A stretch of DNA of 62,883 nucleotides, counting the filler, from Octopus bimaculoides (lineage: Eukaryota): the NCBI RefSeq assembly GCF_001194135.2. It is 4 parts of 4 records of this genome, joined end to end, with 100 filler letters (N's around TTAATTAATTAA, not from the genome) between each part and the next. Parts side by side here need not be neighbours in the genome. Positions count along the whole stretch, not along the records: positions 1 to 30,117 come from NC_068996.1; 3 more parts are not named here. The stretch is one strand, 5' to 3'. A model generated the notes under the pieces. It was not told where the DNA came from. It ran no database searches and saw nothing but the letters and a program-made list of their open reading frames with translations. This document shows positions 13,801-25,600 of the stretch, piece after piece (position 1 is the stretch's first letter; every line of letters starts with the position of its first letter). Made by a program: the position numbers and the translations under genes.

Positions 13801-14351
13801 CTCTGCTGAAAACACCTTAGAACTTTTTGTGTTTGAGCCTCATAGTCTTGTTCTACAATGAGAACTCCTGTGTCCTAGCTTCTGACAACTATAGCACATT
13901 TTGTTTTTAAACAGACAGTCCTTTTTGTAGTGTAGTTCTCCACAACCATAACACGGATTGGGGCTTGACACTTTTTTTTAGTGTGCTTCCCGGGACAACA
14001 CATTTTTGAATTTTTGCAGTGTCTTTATCTTGTATTTTTTCATATATTGTTTAAGATTTATCATAATCTGACATTCTTCTGTGATGGTCTGTAGAGATAA
14101 ATCATGGTTTGCTTGCTCTATTTTTCAGAGATTCCTTGTCCAAATTTCTCTATCTTCAGATGCTATAAGTCCTTGGACGAAGATAAGTGATTTGAACATA
14201 TACTGAGTGAGATCCTGGAGTTTGAAATTTTCACACATGATTGACTACTCTGGCATAGATGTTAAAATCCTCCTCCTCATTTTTTGTTAAGTTCCAACAC
14301 TCCATTCTAGTGTTGAATAATGAACTTCTATTACAAAAAATTTATAGACAC

Positions 14352-14743
14352 AGGAGTGGCTGTGTGGTAAGAAGTTTGCTTCCCAACCATATGGTTCCGG
14401 GTTCAGTCCCACTGCATGGCACCTCGGGCAAGTGTTTTCTACTATAGCCTTGGGCCGACCAAAGCTTTGTGAGTGGATTTGGTAGATGGCTACTGAAAGA
14501 AGCCCGTCATATATATATATATATGTATGTGTTTGTTGTTTGTGTCTGTCTTTCCACCCTACCATCGCTTGACAACTGATGTTGGTGTGTTTACGTCCTT
14601 ATCACTTAGCAGTTTGGCAAAACGAGACCGATAGAATAAGTACTAGGTTTACAAAGAATAAGTCCTGGGGTCGATTTGTTTGACTAAAGGTGGTGTTCCA
14701 GCATGGCTGCCGTCAAATGACTGAAACAAGTAAAAGAGTAAAG
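14352..14743 (+). mobile_element. tRNA-headed SINE, family B, inserted in Gypsy gag
   Basis: Head ggagtggctgtgtggtaag...ggttcagtccc, internal (TA)n, tail atgactgaaacaagtaaaag. Related copies at 35733-35860, 44243-44390, 53637-53958, 58780-58925, and a tail at 30248-30330. Confidence 0.8.
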
Positions 14744-15158
14744 TAATTCCACCCTTTCTTGGAAACCAACCTCACTCAACTTTTTGAGTAGAATAAAGTT
14801 ACAGTAATGCTCATATTCGGCAGAAGCTACCTTGTGTAGTAAAAGCCTTACTTTCTGCTCTTCTGATCATGACTTGCACTCGTTAAAAATTTTCTCATAT
14901 CTTCTATAATATGTGGGAAATGTAATACCGGATTATATGTAAATTCAGAAATTGTATTAGCTATGACGTCTGGTATAATCAAGCTTACTAGATCTTTGAA
15001 CTTTGCTGATTGTAACTCAATTAATTGTTGTTGTTGTAGTATATGTTTTTGCAACTCCTGTAGTTGTTTCTGTTGCTTTTCTACTGCAGCTAATAGGGTT
15101 TTCATGATGCAGAAATTGTCAATTAACTAATGTGAGTTTCAAATTATCCTTATCACCA

Positions 15159-15346
15159 TTATTATGGATAAATGAATACTCTGCAACAGTGTAATAAGAA
15201 TATAATTATTACACTGGCAGTAACCACATGGAATGTAACAACAATCTTTTAAGAATCAACAATCCATCATGCTTACTCGAACTGTAAATTCTGAATTCCA
15301 ACTTTGAACTATCACTAACTATCTCCCTTACTCAGACAGCTACACA
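15159..15346 (-). repeat. Gypsy 5' LTR (diverged, possibly truncated)
   Basis: Collinear with 10555-10745 (ttatgg.taaat.aatac.ctgca..agtgtaataa ... cttactcagac). Confidence 0.7.
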
Positions 15347-15640
15347 TAGAAAGTGCCAGGTAATTGACTTTACAGTCCCAAATGATGAGAAAATCAATAT
15401 GAGAGGTATAGAAAAAATAGCTAAGTACCAGGACCTAGTCATTGAATTGCAGAGACTATGGAAAGTGCAGGTAAAATGTATCTCAGTAGTTATAGGAGCA
15501 TTAGGAACTATATCTAAAGATTTGAACAGATGGATAGAGGAAATAGGCATAAAACTGAGTTTAGTACAGCTCCAGAAAACAGTGTTATTAGGGACAGGTA
15601 GGATACTTAGGAGGGTTCTTGGCATCTAAGATTACATTTT
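15347..15640 (+). mobile_element. C-terminal fragment of R4/Dong-like family 2
   Basis: ORF 15399-15629 KYQDLVIELQRLW...VVIGALG...LQKTVLLGTGRILRRVLGI; matches 6756-7007. Confidence 0.8.
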
Positions 15641-15675
15641 GTAGCCCAAAGTTAGGAATAACAATAGTAATAGTA

Positions 15676-15731
<56 letters not shown>

Positions 15732-15905
15732 CCTTTCTGCCATAGGTACAAGGCCCGAAATTTGTGTGGAGGGGAAGTTACGTAGTTTATTGACCCGCAA
15801 AAAGATGAAAAGCAAAGTCAACCTCAGCAGAATTACAACTCGGAACATAAAGCCAGAAGAAATAATACTAAGTATTTTGTCTGGCATACTAACAACTCTG
15901 CCAGT
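15732..15905 (-). mobile_element. tRNA-headed SINE, family A
   Basis: Same tail cctttctg..ataggtacaaggcc and core as other copies; lies between aat tracts. Confidence 0.7.
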
Positions 15906-15934
15906 TCACTGCCTTAATAATAACAACACCAATA

Positions 15935-16923
15935 ATGATAGGAAACAGTCAACTGGGGCAGAAGTGGGGAAATAATGGTTATGCACAGATGCCTTCATAC
16001 AAGAAGTAATGTAGTAAGGATTTATTCCAAGGAGGAAAGAAAATGATTGACTGGAATAGAGGAAAGTATGAGGAAGGAAAGCAAATCATTGAATGCCTAT
16101 TTTAGGGAGAGTGATGAATGGATACTGCAGGTTGCAATGCATAAAAAGGGGTCAGTGATGAAAAGAACCTCCAGGAGAACAAAAAAAAAAAAAAGGATTT
16201 ATGACAAAAAGATCAACAACTGAAAGAAGAAAGTCTTACTTGGAAAGTTTGTACAACAAACATCAGATGTAGTTAACTAAGAATCCTGTTGATGGCTAAG
16301 ACATGGCTTTTTAAAGAAAGAAACAGTAGGCTTCAGCCTTGCTGTTCAAGAACAAGCTTTACAAACTAATTAAGTATAGCATTGATAAGACAGTACAAAC
16401 ACTTCATTACACTTTATGGAAACTCATCTGAAACAGACATGTACTTAGTAGATATTCAAAACTGGCATGAAAATAGTATAGAAAATGCCAAGACAAAGTT
16501 GCACAGGGTGTACACTGGCTGATGGGCAAGAGGTATGAGCTAGAATGTACTAACAAAATGTATGACCACCAACCTTTGCCAGTCATTGAAAATGATAATG
16601 ACAATCTACAAAAGTAACAAGCTACAACATAATCAACCAGATATCACTCTTCTTCAGAAAGAGACTAAAGAATGGATCTTCATTGACATAGTGGTTATCT
16701 GCAGATCGGAACACTGTGGAGAAAAGGTATCAAGACTAAGCATTCAAACTGAAGCATATCCACAGGGCTACAAGAGTGAATGTGATAGCATTGTAAAATT
16801 AATAGCGCACTCAGAATCATCTCAAAGAATACAAAAACCTATCATGAAAAGTAGGAATAACCAGACATCATTGGAAGTACACAGCTGACAGCCATACTTG
16901 GAACAGCATATGTGTTAAGGAAA
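15935..16923 (+). mobile_element. 3' fragment of another R4/Dong-like LINE
   Basis: Encodes HNQPDITLLQKETKEWIFIDIVV (REL PD..D motif); ends in AILGTAYVLRK. Confidence 0.65.
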
Positions 16924-16925
16924 TA

Positions 16926-18301
16926 TTGGGTCATCCCATAAATAATGCAGTTTTATTTTATACTTCTTTTATTTTTCAAAATTAAGATAAACAAAGTTCT
17001 TTTTTAATCTAAAACATACTCTCCATTTTCTACAATGCTCTTCCATCTGTCTGGTAGACTTGCAAGGTCCCTCTTCCAAAATTCACTTGTCTGTGACAAA
17101 AAATACTCCTCCAGTACTGTTCTGATCTCATCTACAGAATTCATATTTTTTCAGTCAAAATGATTTTGAAGACTGTGGAGTAAATGATAATCAAATGGGG
17201 CAATGTCTGGTGAATAAGGTAGGTGGGGCATCGTTTCCCATTCAAACTGCTCTTGCCTTTCAAATGTCATCCTCNNNNNNNNNNNNNNNNNNNNNNNNNN
17301 NNNNNNNNNNNNNNNNNNNNNNNNNNNNNNNNNNNNNNNNNNNNNNNNNNNNNNNNNNNNNNNNNNNNNNNNNNNNNNNNNNNNNNNNNNNNNNNNNNNN
17401 NNNNNNNNNNNNNNNNNNNNNNNNNNNNNNNNNNNNNNNNNNNNNNNNNNNNNNNNNNNNNNNNNNNNNNNNNNNNNNNNNNNNNNNNNNNNNNNNNNNN
17501 NNNNNNNNNNNNNNNNNNNNNNNNNNNNCAACACCTTACGTGGGTGAAGACCTTCTTTAGCTGGAGTGCCGGTGTTTCTCTTTTCCCTACCCACTGTCTT
17601 CAGTGCTTGACATTTTCATAGAGAACCAATTTCTTGTTACCAGTCACTATTTGATCCCTAAAAAGTTCATTTGTGAGACGTGACAGCAAAGAAGAGCACA
17701 CATTCACTCTCTGCATGCGATTAGACTTGGAAAGTTTGTGACGAACCCATTGACCCAATTTGCTGACTTTTCCGATGGCACACAGGTGTCAATGAATGAT
17801 TGAATGACCAAATCCAAGCTTCTCTGCTAGTTCTTCAACAATTACAATGGGATTTTGGTCCAGCAGGGTTTGCTGGATATCTTTGTTAAGCTCTACAGAT
17901 CTTTCAGGATGAAGCTCATCTTCTAGGATCTAATTTCTGGAACCACTATTGACATTGGCTTAAGCTTATTGTCCAATCCCCATATACTGCATTAATATTC
18001 CTTGCACTTTTTGTTGTGTTGTTGCCTTTATTGAACTCATAAAGCAAAATATGCCAAATATGCTCTTTTGCCACTTCCATTATAACTTTGAAAATATAAC
18101 TGTTAAAATCAAACTGCACGCTTCAAAACTTGCACTAAGAATAAGTACAACATAAAATTACCACCTGCTTTAATAGCAAGTTGATGCAGGTAGCTTATCC
18201 CATCCCCCTCCGACTTACCTTATGCAGGTAGTTTATTCCGTCCTCACCAACTTTTAGTTCATGCAACTGAAAAAAACCACATTATTTATGGGATGACCCA
18301 A
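16926..18301 (-). mobile_element. Mariner transposon, full length with TIRs, decayed
   Basis: TIR ttgggtcatcccataaataatg at both ends, TA on both flanks; peptide HLPYSPDIAPFDYHLL; contains a 254-N gap. Confidence 0.9.
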
Positions 18302-18402
18302 TAGTTGCATTTCTAAGCTGTACAAAGCAGTTGAGGCATGACATAAACAACTCAGAAGAACATCAAAAGTAGAGAAAGAATAAGAGATACTAATAACAAT
18401 GA

Positions 18403-18540
18403 TAGGCATGAAAGCTGAAATTTTGGGAGAGGGGGCTCGTCAATTACACTGACTCCAGTGTTCAATTGATATTTACCTACTGACCCTGAAAGGATAGAAG
18501 GCAGAGTCAACTTCGATAACATTTGAACTTAGAATGTAAC
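18403..18540 (-). mobile_element. SINE family A, partial
   Basis: Core gtcaacttcgataacatttgaacttagaatgtaa resembles other copies. Confidence 0.6.
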
Positions 18541-18544
18541 ATTA

Positions 18545-19670
18545 TAAAAGCACCCTTTTGGCAATAATGACAACATGCAAATATACAAGAAATGGCCAAT
18601 AAAGGAAATGCATACTGGATTGGTCAATATTTGTTAAGACAGGACTGCCTCCCCAGTACCAAACCAATCTGGAGTTGAAAAGTTAGCTAGTAGTTTGATC
18701 CTTTCCCCAAAACACAGGCATGAACGCTTCCTTTAACAGGGCAAAAATGAACTAGGAAAGAAACAAGGACATTCTAGAGATCTATTATACTGCAATGTAC
18801 CTTCCACCAAGCAAATCTAATACAGACCAAACATACTTAAACTGGAGGAAGAATAACCCAACTAATAGATCAAACATGTATAACAATAAATTTGCTAATC
18901 TTCACTGGGACATCATAAAGATTAACTGTTGACTGACTTGGCTATCCAACAGATTCAAATATATTCAGGTCAATAATCATACAAATGAGAATGCAAAACA
19001 TCCTTCCACTGTATAAGTGGTACACGGTACAAGAAATATGCAAACCAAGATAATTGATGAAATTACCCCTGACACTAATGTAAATGAAACTGATTATGGT
19101 CAAAATGGAAATACAAAGACTAAATTTGGCAATCTCAAAACAAACATTTTGACCAAGTGGGATGGTCAAACATACTGAACTGAGAGATCAAAATGGTCTC
19201 CCCAAGATTTGCAACTCAAAACAAAATAGTAGAATAATAGGCAAGGTAAATGCAAGATCTTACACACTAATAATCTATACTATGCAGCAGCTTAAATAGC
19301 TACTGCACTGTGAGGTACTCAAGTAAAGAGAAAGACTTCATATATAAACAGGAATCCAGTATGGCAAAAGAGAATTAGAAATAAAATTAGATCTGATGTT
19401 GAAATACTCATCAAAAGCAAAGAAAATGTTAAAATGTGTAAAACTAAGATATTGAAAAGAAAACATGACAAAAAGGATAAGTGAAATCAATGAAACATTC
19501 CAAAAAAATCAAAGCAGCCTGTATAAGAAGAGATCAAACTTCTTCAAGGACAACGATGTTCTGAAATAATCTTAAGGACTTCTAAAGAAAAATTGTAAAA
19601 GCTAATATAACTGTTAAAACCACTCTTACCAAGGTGGAAGGACAAAAGTTTTGGAAACTAATCTGGTTGA
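18545..19670 (+). mobile_element. Highly decayed LINE; the distal part resembles the R4/Dong N-terminal region
   Basis: 19270-19670 encodes LYYAAA, NPVWQKRIRNK and QKFWKLIW-like segments; the proximal part is unassigned. Confidence 0.4.
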
Positions 19671-19699
19671 ACACCTAAGAACACAGTTGTGATGCTCCC

Positions 19700-20345
19700 T
19701 GGATCCATCAGCAAGTTAGACACAAAGAACAAATATAGAAAGAAGACATCTCAGTTGAAGATCTCAGTTTCAGAGTATTAACTGACTTACTCTTTAAGTA
19801 AATCATGTGCTTCACTTCACTAGTTATTTTAAGCATCTCAGCAACTATCTCAGGTAGCCTAGCTGCTTTCCCTACTTTCAAATCTCTTATTACTGTTGTC
19901 AATCCAGATGACTGGTCTCTCTGTTGAGTCTACATGGGACAGATGCTCTCTCTCTCATGCATTCTCTGCATTCAACAACCTCTCATAGTAGCACTTCCAT
20001 ACCTCTTTCTTGTCAGCAACTGCAAATGTACTGTTATTTCAAATATTTTTCCTCCAAACATCTCAATTTTCTATAGTATACTGTCTAGCAATGTCCAACA
20101 CCACATGCCTCTGACTCCCATGATATGGAATATGTTGGAACTTCTCTAATTCTACCTCTCCCTTTGCTATGTATAATTCCTTTCTACTCAATATTTTTCT
20201 GTTATCCCTTTTCTTCCAGTCCTTTATAGTTTGTTTCTTTACTGCAATAGCACTGTCTATAGTATTGCTCCACCACTATGCCAACTGGTATTTGGCTGGG
20301 ATCTTGCACCAGCCAGAGATCTGATCTGTAACCCTTAATGATTGC
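19700..20345 (-). mobile_element. RTE-clade LINE fragment
   Basis: IRDLKVGKAARLPEIVAEMLK (RT start) and an upstream WWSNTIDSAIAVKKQTIKDW-like linker on the minus strand. Confidence 0.65.
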
Positions 20346-20629
20346 CTAGAAAGAAATGCAAATTTTGTTCTCTATTATATTGTATGTCTATTTCTCCTCT
20401 TCCCTAGTATCATAAGCATCATCTAATACCTTTCGAAATCTATGATCCACAAAGAGCTGTTTCAGCTATGTAAGTGCTATGGAAGGACCGTAGTTAAACT
20501 CTCGGTTCGATAATGATACGAGTGAGGAGTCTAATGCAGGTCTTGTATGAGCATGTATATGTTAACTAAAATGAGACTACAAAGCCAAGGCTGTGTGGAA
20601 TTTTCAGGACATTTATAAAGAGAAAGTTA

Positions 20630-20677
20630 GTCTTACAGTTGTTTCTGGGATATTAGGGATATCCCTGCATCAGAGAC
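20630..20677 (-). ncRNA. Degenerate minimal type I hammerhead ribozyme (Penelope-like pLTR remnant)
   Basis: Minus strand reads gtct-CTGATGc-a-gggatat-cccta-atatccc-a-GAAAC-aact-GTA-agac: stem I 4 bp, stem II 7 bp, minimal stem III, GUA site. Core A9 is substituted. Confidence 0.55.
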
Positions 20678-20937
20678 AATGTGAGATGGTTAAATAGAGG
20701 GAAATATTAGAGTTCAATATGAGGAGTTATTTTAGAAAAGGAAGCAAATAAGGAGTATATAGGGAAATAGGAGAATGAATGTAGAAATAAAAATAAAAAT
20801 GTATAAAGATGTTATTGTTGTAGTGGTATGGAGCACCAAATAAAAAAGGAGAATCCATATTCAAACTGGGACTACATCCAAAAAAAATTACGCACTGTGT
20901 TTGGCGGGATACAAAGGGTGTTGTCTATTATGAAGTA

Positions 20938-22130
20938 CAAAGGTGGGCAGAAAAGTTCATAAGCTAACTATGAAGGAGTGATGCTCGAGCTGTGAAATCT
21001 TACATGCACTAATTTCAACTCCTCTTATTAATAACTACATTTTTTTCTAAGTAAACTAAAATCTGACTGTTCAAAGATGACTTCAAAAGTAACTAGTAGC
21101 AACTTCTCTTGAAAATGGACAAAATTTGGCATTGTGTTGTTATCAAGTACCTGCAGAAGAAGGGTTTAACTCCAAGGACACTCATGCTGACATGGTTGCT
21201 ACATTAGGGGATGGTGTACTAGCTTTATCAGCAGTACAAAAGTAGGCTACTGAATTTAGGAGGGGAAGGGAGTGTTTTGAAGATGACCCATTGTCAGGAC
21301 TTCCTGCAACTACAACCACCAAGGAAAGCATTGATCCTATTCACCACTTGATGATGGATGACAAGTGACTGACTTGTCAAATAGTCAATGCTGTAAATTA
21401 AATAGCATTTCATGTGTGAGAGCTGAGAATATTCTGCACAATGAACTTGGCATATCAAAGGTTTTTGCTCAGTGTGTGCCACATCTTCTGACACCTGATC
21501 AAAAATACACCAGGCTGAAAATCTGACATTGTTTGAGGCAGATCCAGCTGGTTTCCTTGAACATTTCCTAAGCCAGATGAGTGTTGGCTTCATCACTTTG
21601 AGCCTGAGACAAAGAGACAATCCATGCAGTGGAAACATCCCTCCTCACCTGCTCTAAAGAAGGCCAAGGTAGTTTCATCTGCAAGGAAGGTGATGGCCTC
21701 AGTATTTTGAAATGTAAAAGGGGTTGTGTTCATTGATTATCCTCAAAAGGGCCATATCATCAATGGAGAATATAATGCCAACTTGCTGGGGTAATTATGA
21801 AAGTTTATCAAGACCAAATACCCAGGAAAATTGATGAAAGGAGTCTTGTTTCTTAGGACAATGCCTCAGCACACAAATCCTTCATTTCAATGACTGATGT
21901 GCATGATGGTGACCTTCAATTGGCTGATAACCCTCCCTATTCTCCCCATTTGATTCCATCTGACTATAATCTGTTCCCCAACAACTCTAGGCTGGGAATC
22001 AGTATTGGAGTGATGATGGTATCATATGTGCTGTTGATGACTTTTTTTGAGCAACAAGATGAGAGCTTCATCATTAATGGGATACAAGCACTATAACACC
22101 AATGGAAGAAATATGTGAATCAGCAACAAA
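20938..22130 (+). mobile_element. Mariner transposon, 3' TIR missing, decayed
   Basis: TA then caaaggtgggcagaaaagttc; frameshifted transposase MDKIWHCVVIKYLQKKGL...DNPPYSPHLIPSDYNLFP. Confidence 0.8.
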
Positions 22131-22235
22131 GTTTTGTTTCGTGGGTTTTTTTCTTCTCCTGGTTATTTTACATGCTTTCAATGAGTGTGATATTGAAATC
22201 ACATGTAAACAGCTCCTTTTCCTAGAAAAGGAAAG

Positions 22236-22343
22236 ATTTGGTTGCTATTTCTTGCACTCCCTGCTACCATGTAACAGGTTTGGGTTCTTTATCGTAAATA
22301 ACTGTTACGCGGTAGCAGGACATGCTAGAAATAGCAGCCAAAT
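22236..22343. repeat. Imperfect inverted repeat (fold-back, ~45-bp arms)
   Basis: atttggttgctatttcttgcactccctgctaccatgtaacag pairs with ctgttacgcggtagcaggacatgctagaaatagcagccaaat. Confidence 0.75.
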
Positions 22344-24099
22344 TTTTGGGGGTGGGATATATTGAATGCAGTCCAAAAAACCTATGGAAAAATATTATTT
22401 CACACCAAGGNNNNNNNNNNNNNNNNNNNNNNNNNNNNNNNNNNNNNNNNNNNNNNNNNNNNNNNNNNNNNNNNNNNNNNNNNNNNNNNNNNNNNNNNNN
22501 NNNNNNNNNNNNNNNNNNNNNNNNNNNNNNNNNNNNNNNNNNNNNNNNNNNNNNNNNNNNNNNNNNNNNNNNNNNNNNNNNNNNNNNNNNNNNNNNNNNN
22601 NNNNNNNNNNNNNNNNNNNNNNNNNNNNNNNNNNNNNNNNNNNNNNNNNNNNNNNNNNNNNNNNNNNNNNNNNNNNNNNTATATTGAATGCAGTCCAAAA
22701 AACCTATGGAAAAATATTATTTCACACCAAGGTTACAAATGGGTCTTTTATGAAATATTTACTATTTTTAAAGTCATTTTCACTTAAAAATATATTTTTA
22801 AATATGCCAAAAAAAATTTTTTGTAATATTATTCACTTGAAAATAATTAAAAAAAACATAAAAATATTGTCTGTTTAAAGAAAGCTAAATATAAATACCT
22901 ACTGAACAAATAACTTACATTTTTGGAATCAAATTCACTTTAAAATATTTCTAAATGATTAAAATATTGTGTTTAACAAAAGCAAAAATAGAAACATTTA
23001 TTGTAAAAAAAAGAAATTGTATTTTTTGTTGTCAAGTCACTGTGTCCAATTGAAAAGTAAGAGTTTCTTCCCTTTCAGGATAAATTTATTTTTGGAATAT
23101 TTTCCCATTATGTACCGTTTTGGATATTTATACTCTGAAAATCCCAAATATCTCAAAAACCATTTGTCCAATTTTACATGAAACTTGTTTTACTCCATTC
23201 ATATTAACATTTCAGGAGCAACTTAATTCATATTATTTTCCCATTATGCACCAGTTTGGCTGGGTAACATTGCAAGCAAGCAAGTAAGATTCAAGCTGAC
23301 TTTTAATGTATTATAGATATCAATTAAGACCAAAGAAGTATTTGTTGGTTTCCAATCTTAAAATGTGATAGGGCTTTCTTTCTAACCTTATGTATGTGCG
23401 CAAAATTGCATATGTATATATATATATATACTTCGTTCTTGCATTTGATCTGCAAGGTTCTTGATGTGAATTCNNNNNNNNNNNNNNNNNNNNNNNNNNN
23501 NNNNNNNNNNNNNNNNNNNNNNNNNNNNNNNNNNNNNNNNNNNNNNNNNNNNNNNNNNNNNNNNNNNNNNNNNNNNNNNNNNNNNNNNNNNNNNNNNNNN
23601 NNNNNNNNNNNNNNNNNNNNNNNNNNNNNNNNNNNNNNNNNNNNNNNNNNNNNNNNNNNNNNNNNNNNNNNNNNNNNNNNNNNNNNNNNNNNNNNNNNNN
23701 NNNNNNNNNNNNNNNNNNNNNNNNNNNNNNNNNNNNNNNNNNNNNNNNNNNNNNNNNNNNNNNNNNNNNNNNNNNNNNNNNNNNNNNNNNNNNNNNNNNN
23801 NNNNNNNNNNNNNNNNNNNNNNNNNNNNNNNNNNNNNNNNNNTATATATATACTTCGTTCTTGCATTTGATCTGCAAGGTTCTTGATGTGAATTCCTGTA
23901 TTGAAACAAACCTTGGGTTTAAGGAGGGTCATTATGCCAATAAAAACTTAAATAAACACATACACTGGTTCAATATCACTTCTTTATTTTATCAACTAAC
24001 CATCCATTGATTTCATTAATGTACTGATTGAACAATTAACCGGTTATTAATTCTCTCTGTCCTTTCATTGCTGTTCACAACCTCATCAATGCCATACTC

Positions 24100-25600
24100 T
24101 CATTCTTCAACATATTTACAAGAAAGGTGTTGGAAGGTATTCTATACAGTATATCCAATGCGAGCTATAGACACATAAGTGGTGCAGTGAAATCAAGATT
24201 AACAGAGAAAGTAGTATTTATACGTAACAGATGTATGAACAATAAATGCGAAAGACACATGAGAATAAGGTTTTCTCAAATGCCCAGGAAGCTCCTTAGA
24301 GGTTGTAGATAGTTTGTTACCTAGGTGACACAATCAGCAGAGGAAGATGATGTTCTGAAAGTATAGTTGCTAGAATAAGAACAGGAAAGAGAAAGTTCAG
24401 AGAGTTGGCAGCAAAAGTTTTCTCTCAAATTGAAAGGCAGATAGTATGTGCTTATATATGAATATGGTCATGAGATATGGGTCTTGAATGCAGAGGGCAT
24501 GTGAAGACTAGATAGGAATGAAGTTAGTATGCTTCACTGGATGTGCAACATCAGTGTGTATGTATGAAGTACATTTAAAAAGTATCTGACCTCTACAGAT
24601 GGGTAGTGTGTGCTTGTTGGATTTTTGTTTTCACTGATTGCACTGATATTGCATTAAATTTTAATATAGAGATATTGCATCAAATTTTGCCAAAAGCTTG
24701 ATGATACTTCAGTATCATCAAACTCAAACCATCTAGAAGGTTCAGCAGGCTTTTGGTAATGATACCATGGACAAAACTGAGACCAAGAAGTGGTATAACA
24801 GTTTTAAGCATAGCTTCACCTCAGTGGAGAGCAAGGCATGCCATTCACAAGCTGAAATGAGGAGTCAAGTGAGAAGGTTTAGCGAATAGTCAAACAAAGA
24901 CCATTGTGTAACAATTCAGGAAATTGTTCATGATATGGGAATAAGCAGAGGAATAGTGCATTCCATTTTAATGGAGGATTTGTGCATGTGGAGAGTATTG
25001 GTAAAATTAGCCCCCAAGGTGCTGGCAGAGCAGCAGAAGCAACTATGCAAAGAAATCATTCAGGAAATGCTGGACTGTGCACACCATGATCCAAACTTCA
25101 TGAAACCATCATCATTGGTGATGAGACATAGTCTTTGCTTGATGCAGTCCATCATTTTACACAAAAACAGAAATCTGATGAGCATGAACTATATGTCCAT
25201 ATTCTAGGCATAATGGCTGGGAACTGAGGTGGCCTACCAACATGAAAATTTTCAGGTATGCACCACAAAGGTGGCATCACCTCCCACCCAATGGATTTTA
25301 CTCATGCAGCATTAGTTTTGGTAGGAAAAAATAAAGTTAGATACTTTTGAATGCTCTTTGTATGACAAAATACATGTGTTGAGAGAAAAATTAGGCATGA
25401 GATATTAAATGTAGCAGTAAGAGAGAAGACTGTTATGGTTTGGTCATGTGATGCATATGGATGAAGACAGGTGTATAAGAAGTGCCAATTACTTGAAATA
25501 GATGGAATTTGTGGTGAGGGCTGTTCTCAAGGTGTTGAGCATCAGGGACAAGCCTACAATGTCTGGTGATATGGTTCTTGGAGAGACCTGTCCACCTCAG
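24100..25600 (+). mobile_element. RTE-clade LINE 3' remnant interrupted by a mariner
   Basis: Frameshifted SLEVVDS.CYLGD, IVARIRTG, RNEVSMLHWMCNISV motifs before 24563; resumes with LREKLG...WFGHVMHMDE after 25362. Confidence 0.7.
24565..25360 (+). mobile_element. Internally deleted mariner nested in the RTE
   Basis: Degenerate TIRs (catttaaaaagtatctgac / gttagatacttttgaatg), TA on both sides; peptide MGISRGIVHSILMEDLCMWRVLVKLAPKVL. Confidence 0.75.

Larger units (their letters stand above)
10545..15346 (-). mobile_element. Ty3/Gypsy LTR retrotransposon, decayed
   Basis: On the minus strand, in order: gag (14848-15105), two CCHC knuckles (~13855-13955), protease LQLDTGSD (~13720), RT (YLDNIL), RNase H (12026-12514), integrase (11097-11800). 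Polypurine tract aaaaggggaga abuts the 3' LTR; a TGGTGA PBS-like start follows the 5' LTR. Confidence 0.9.
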
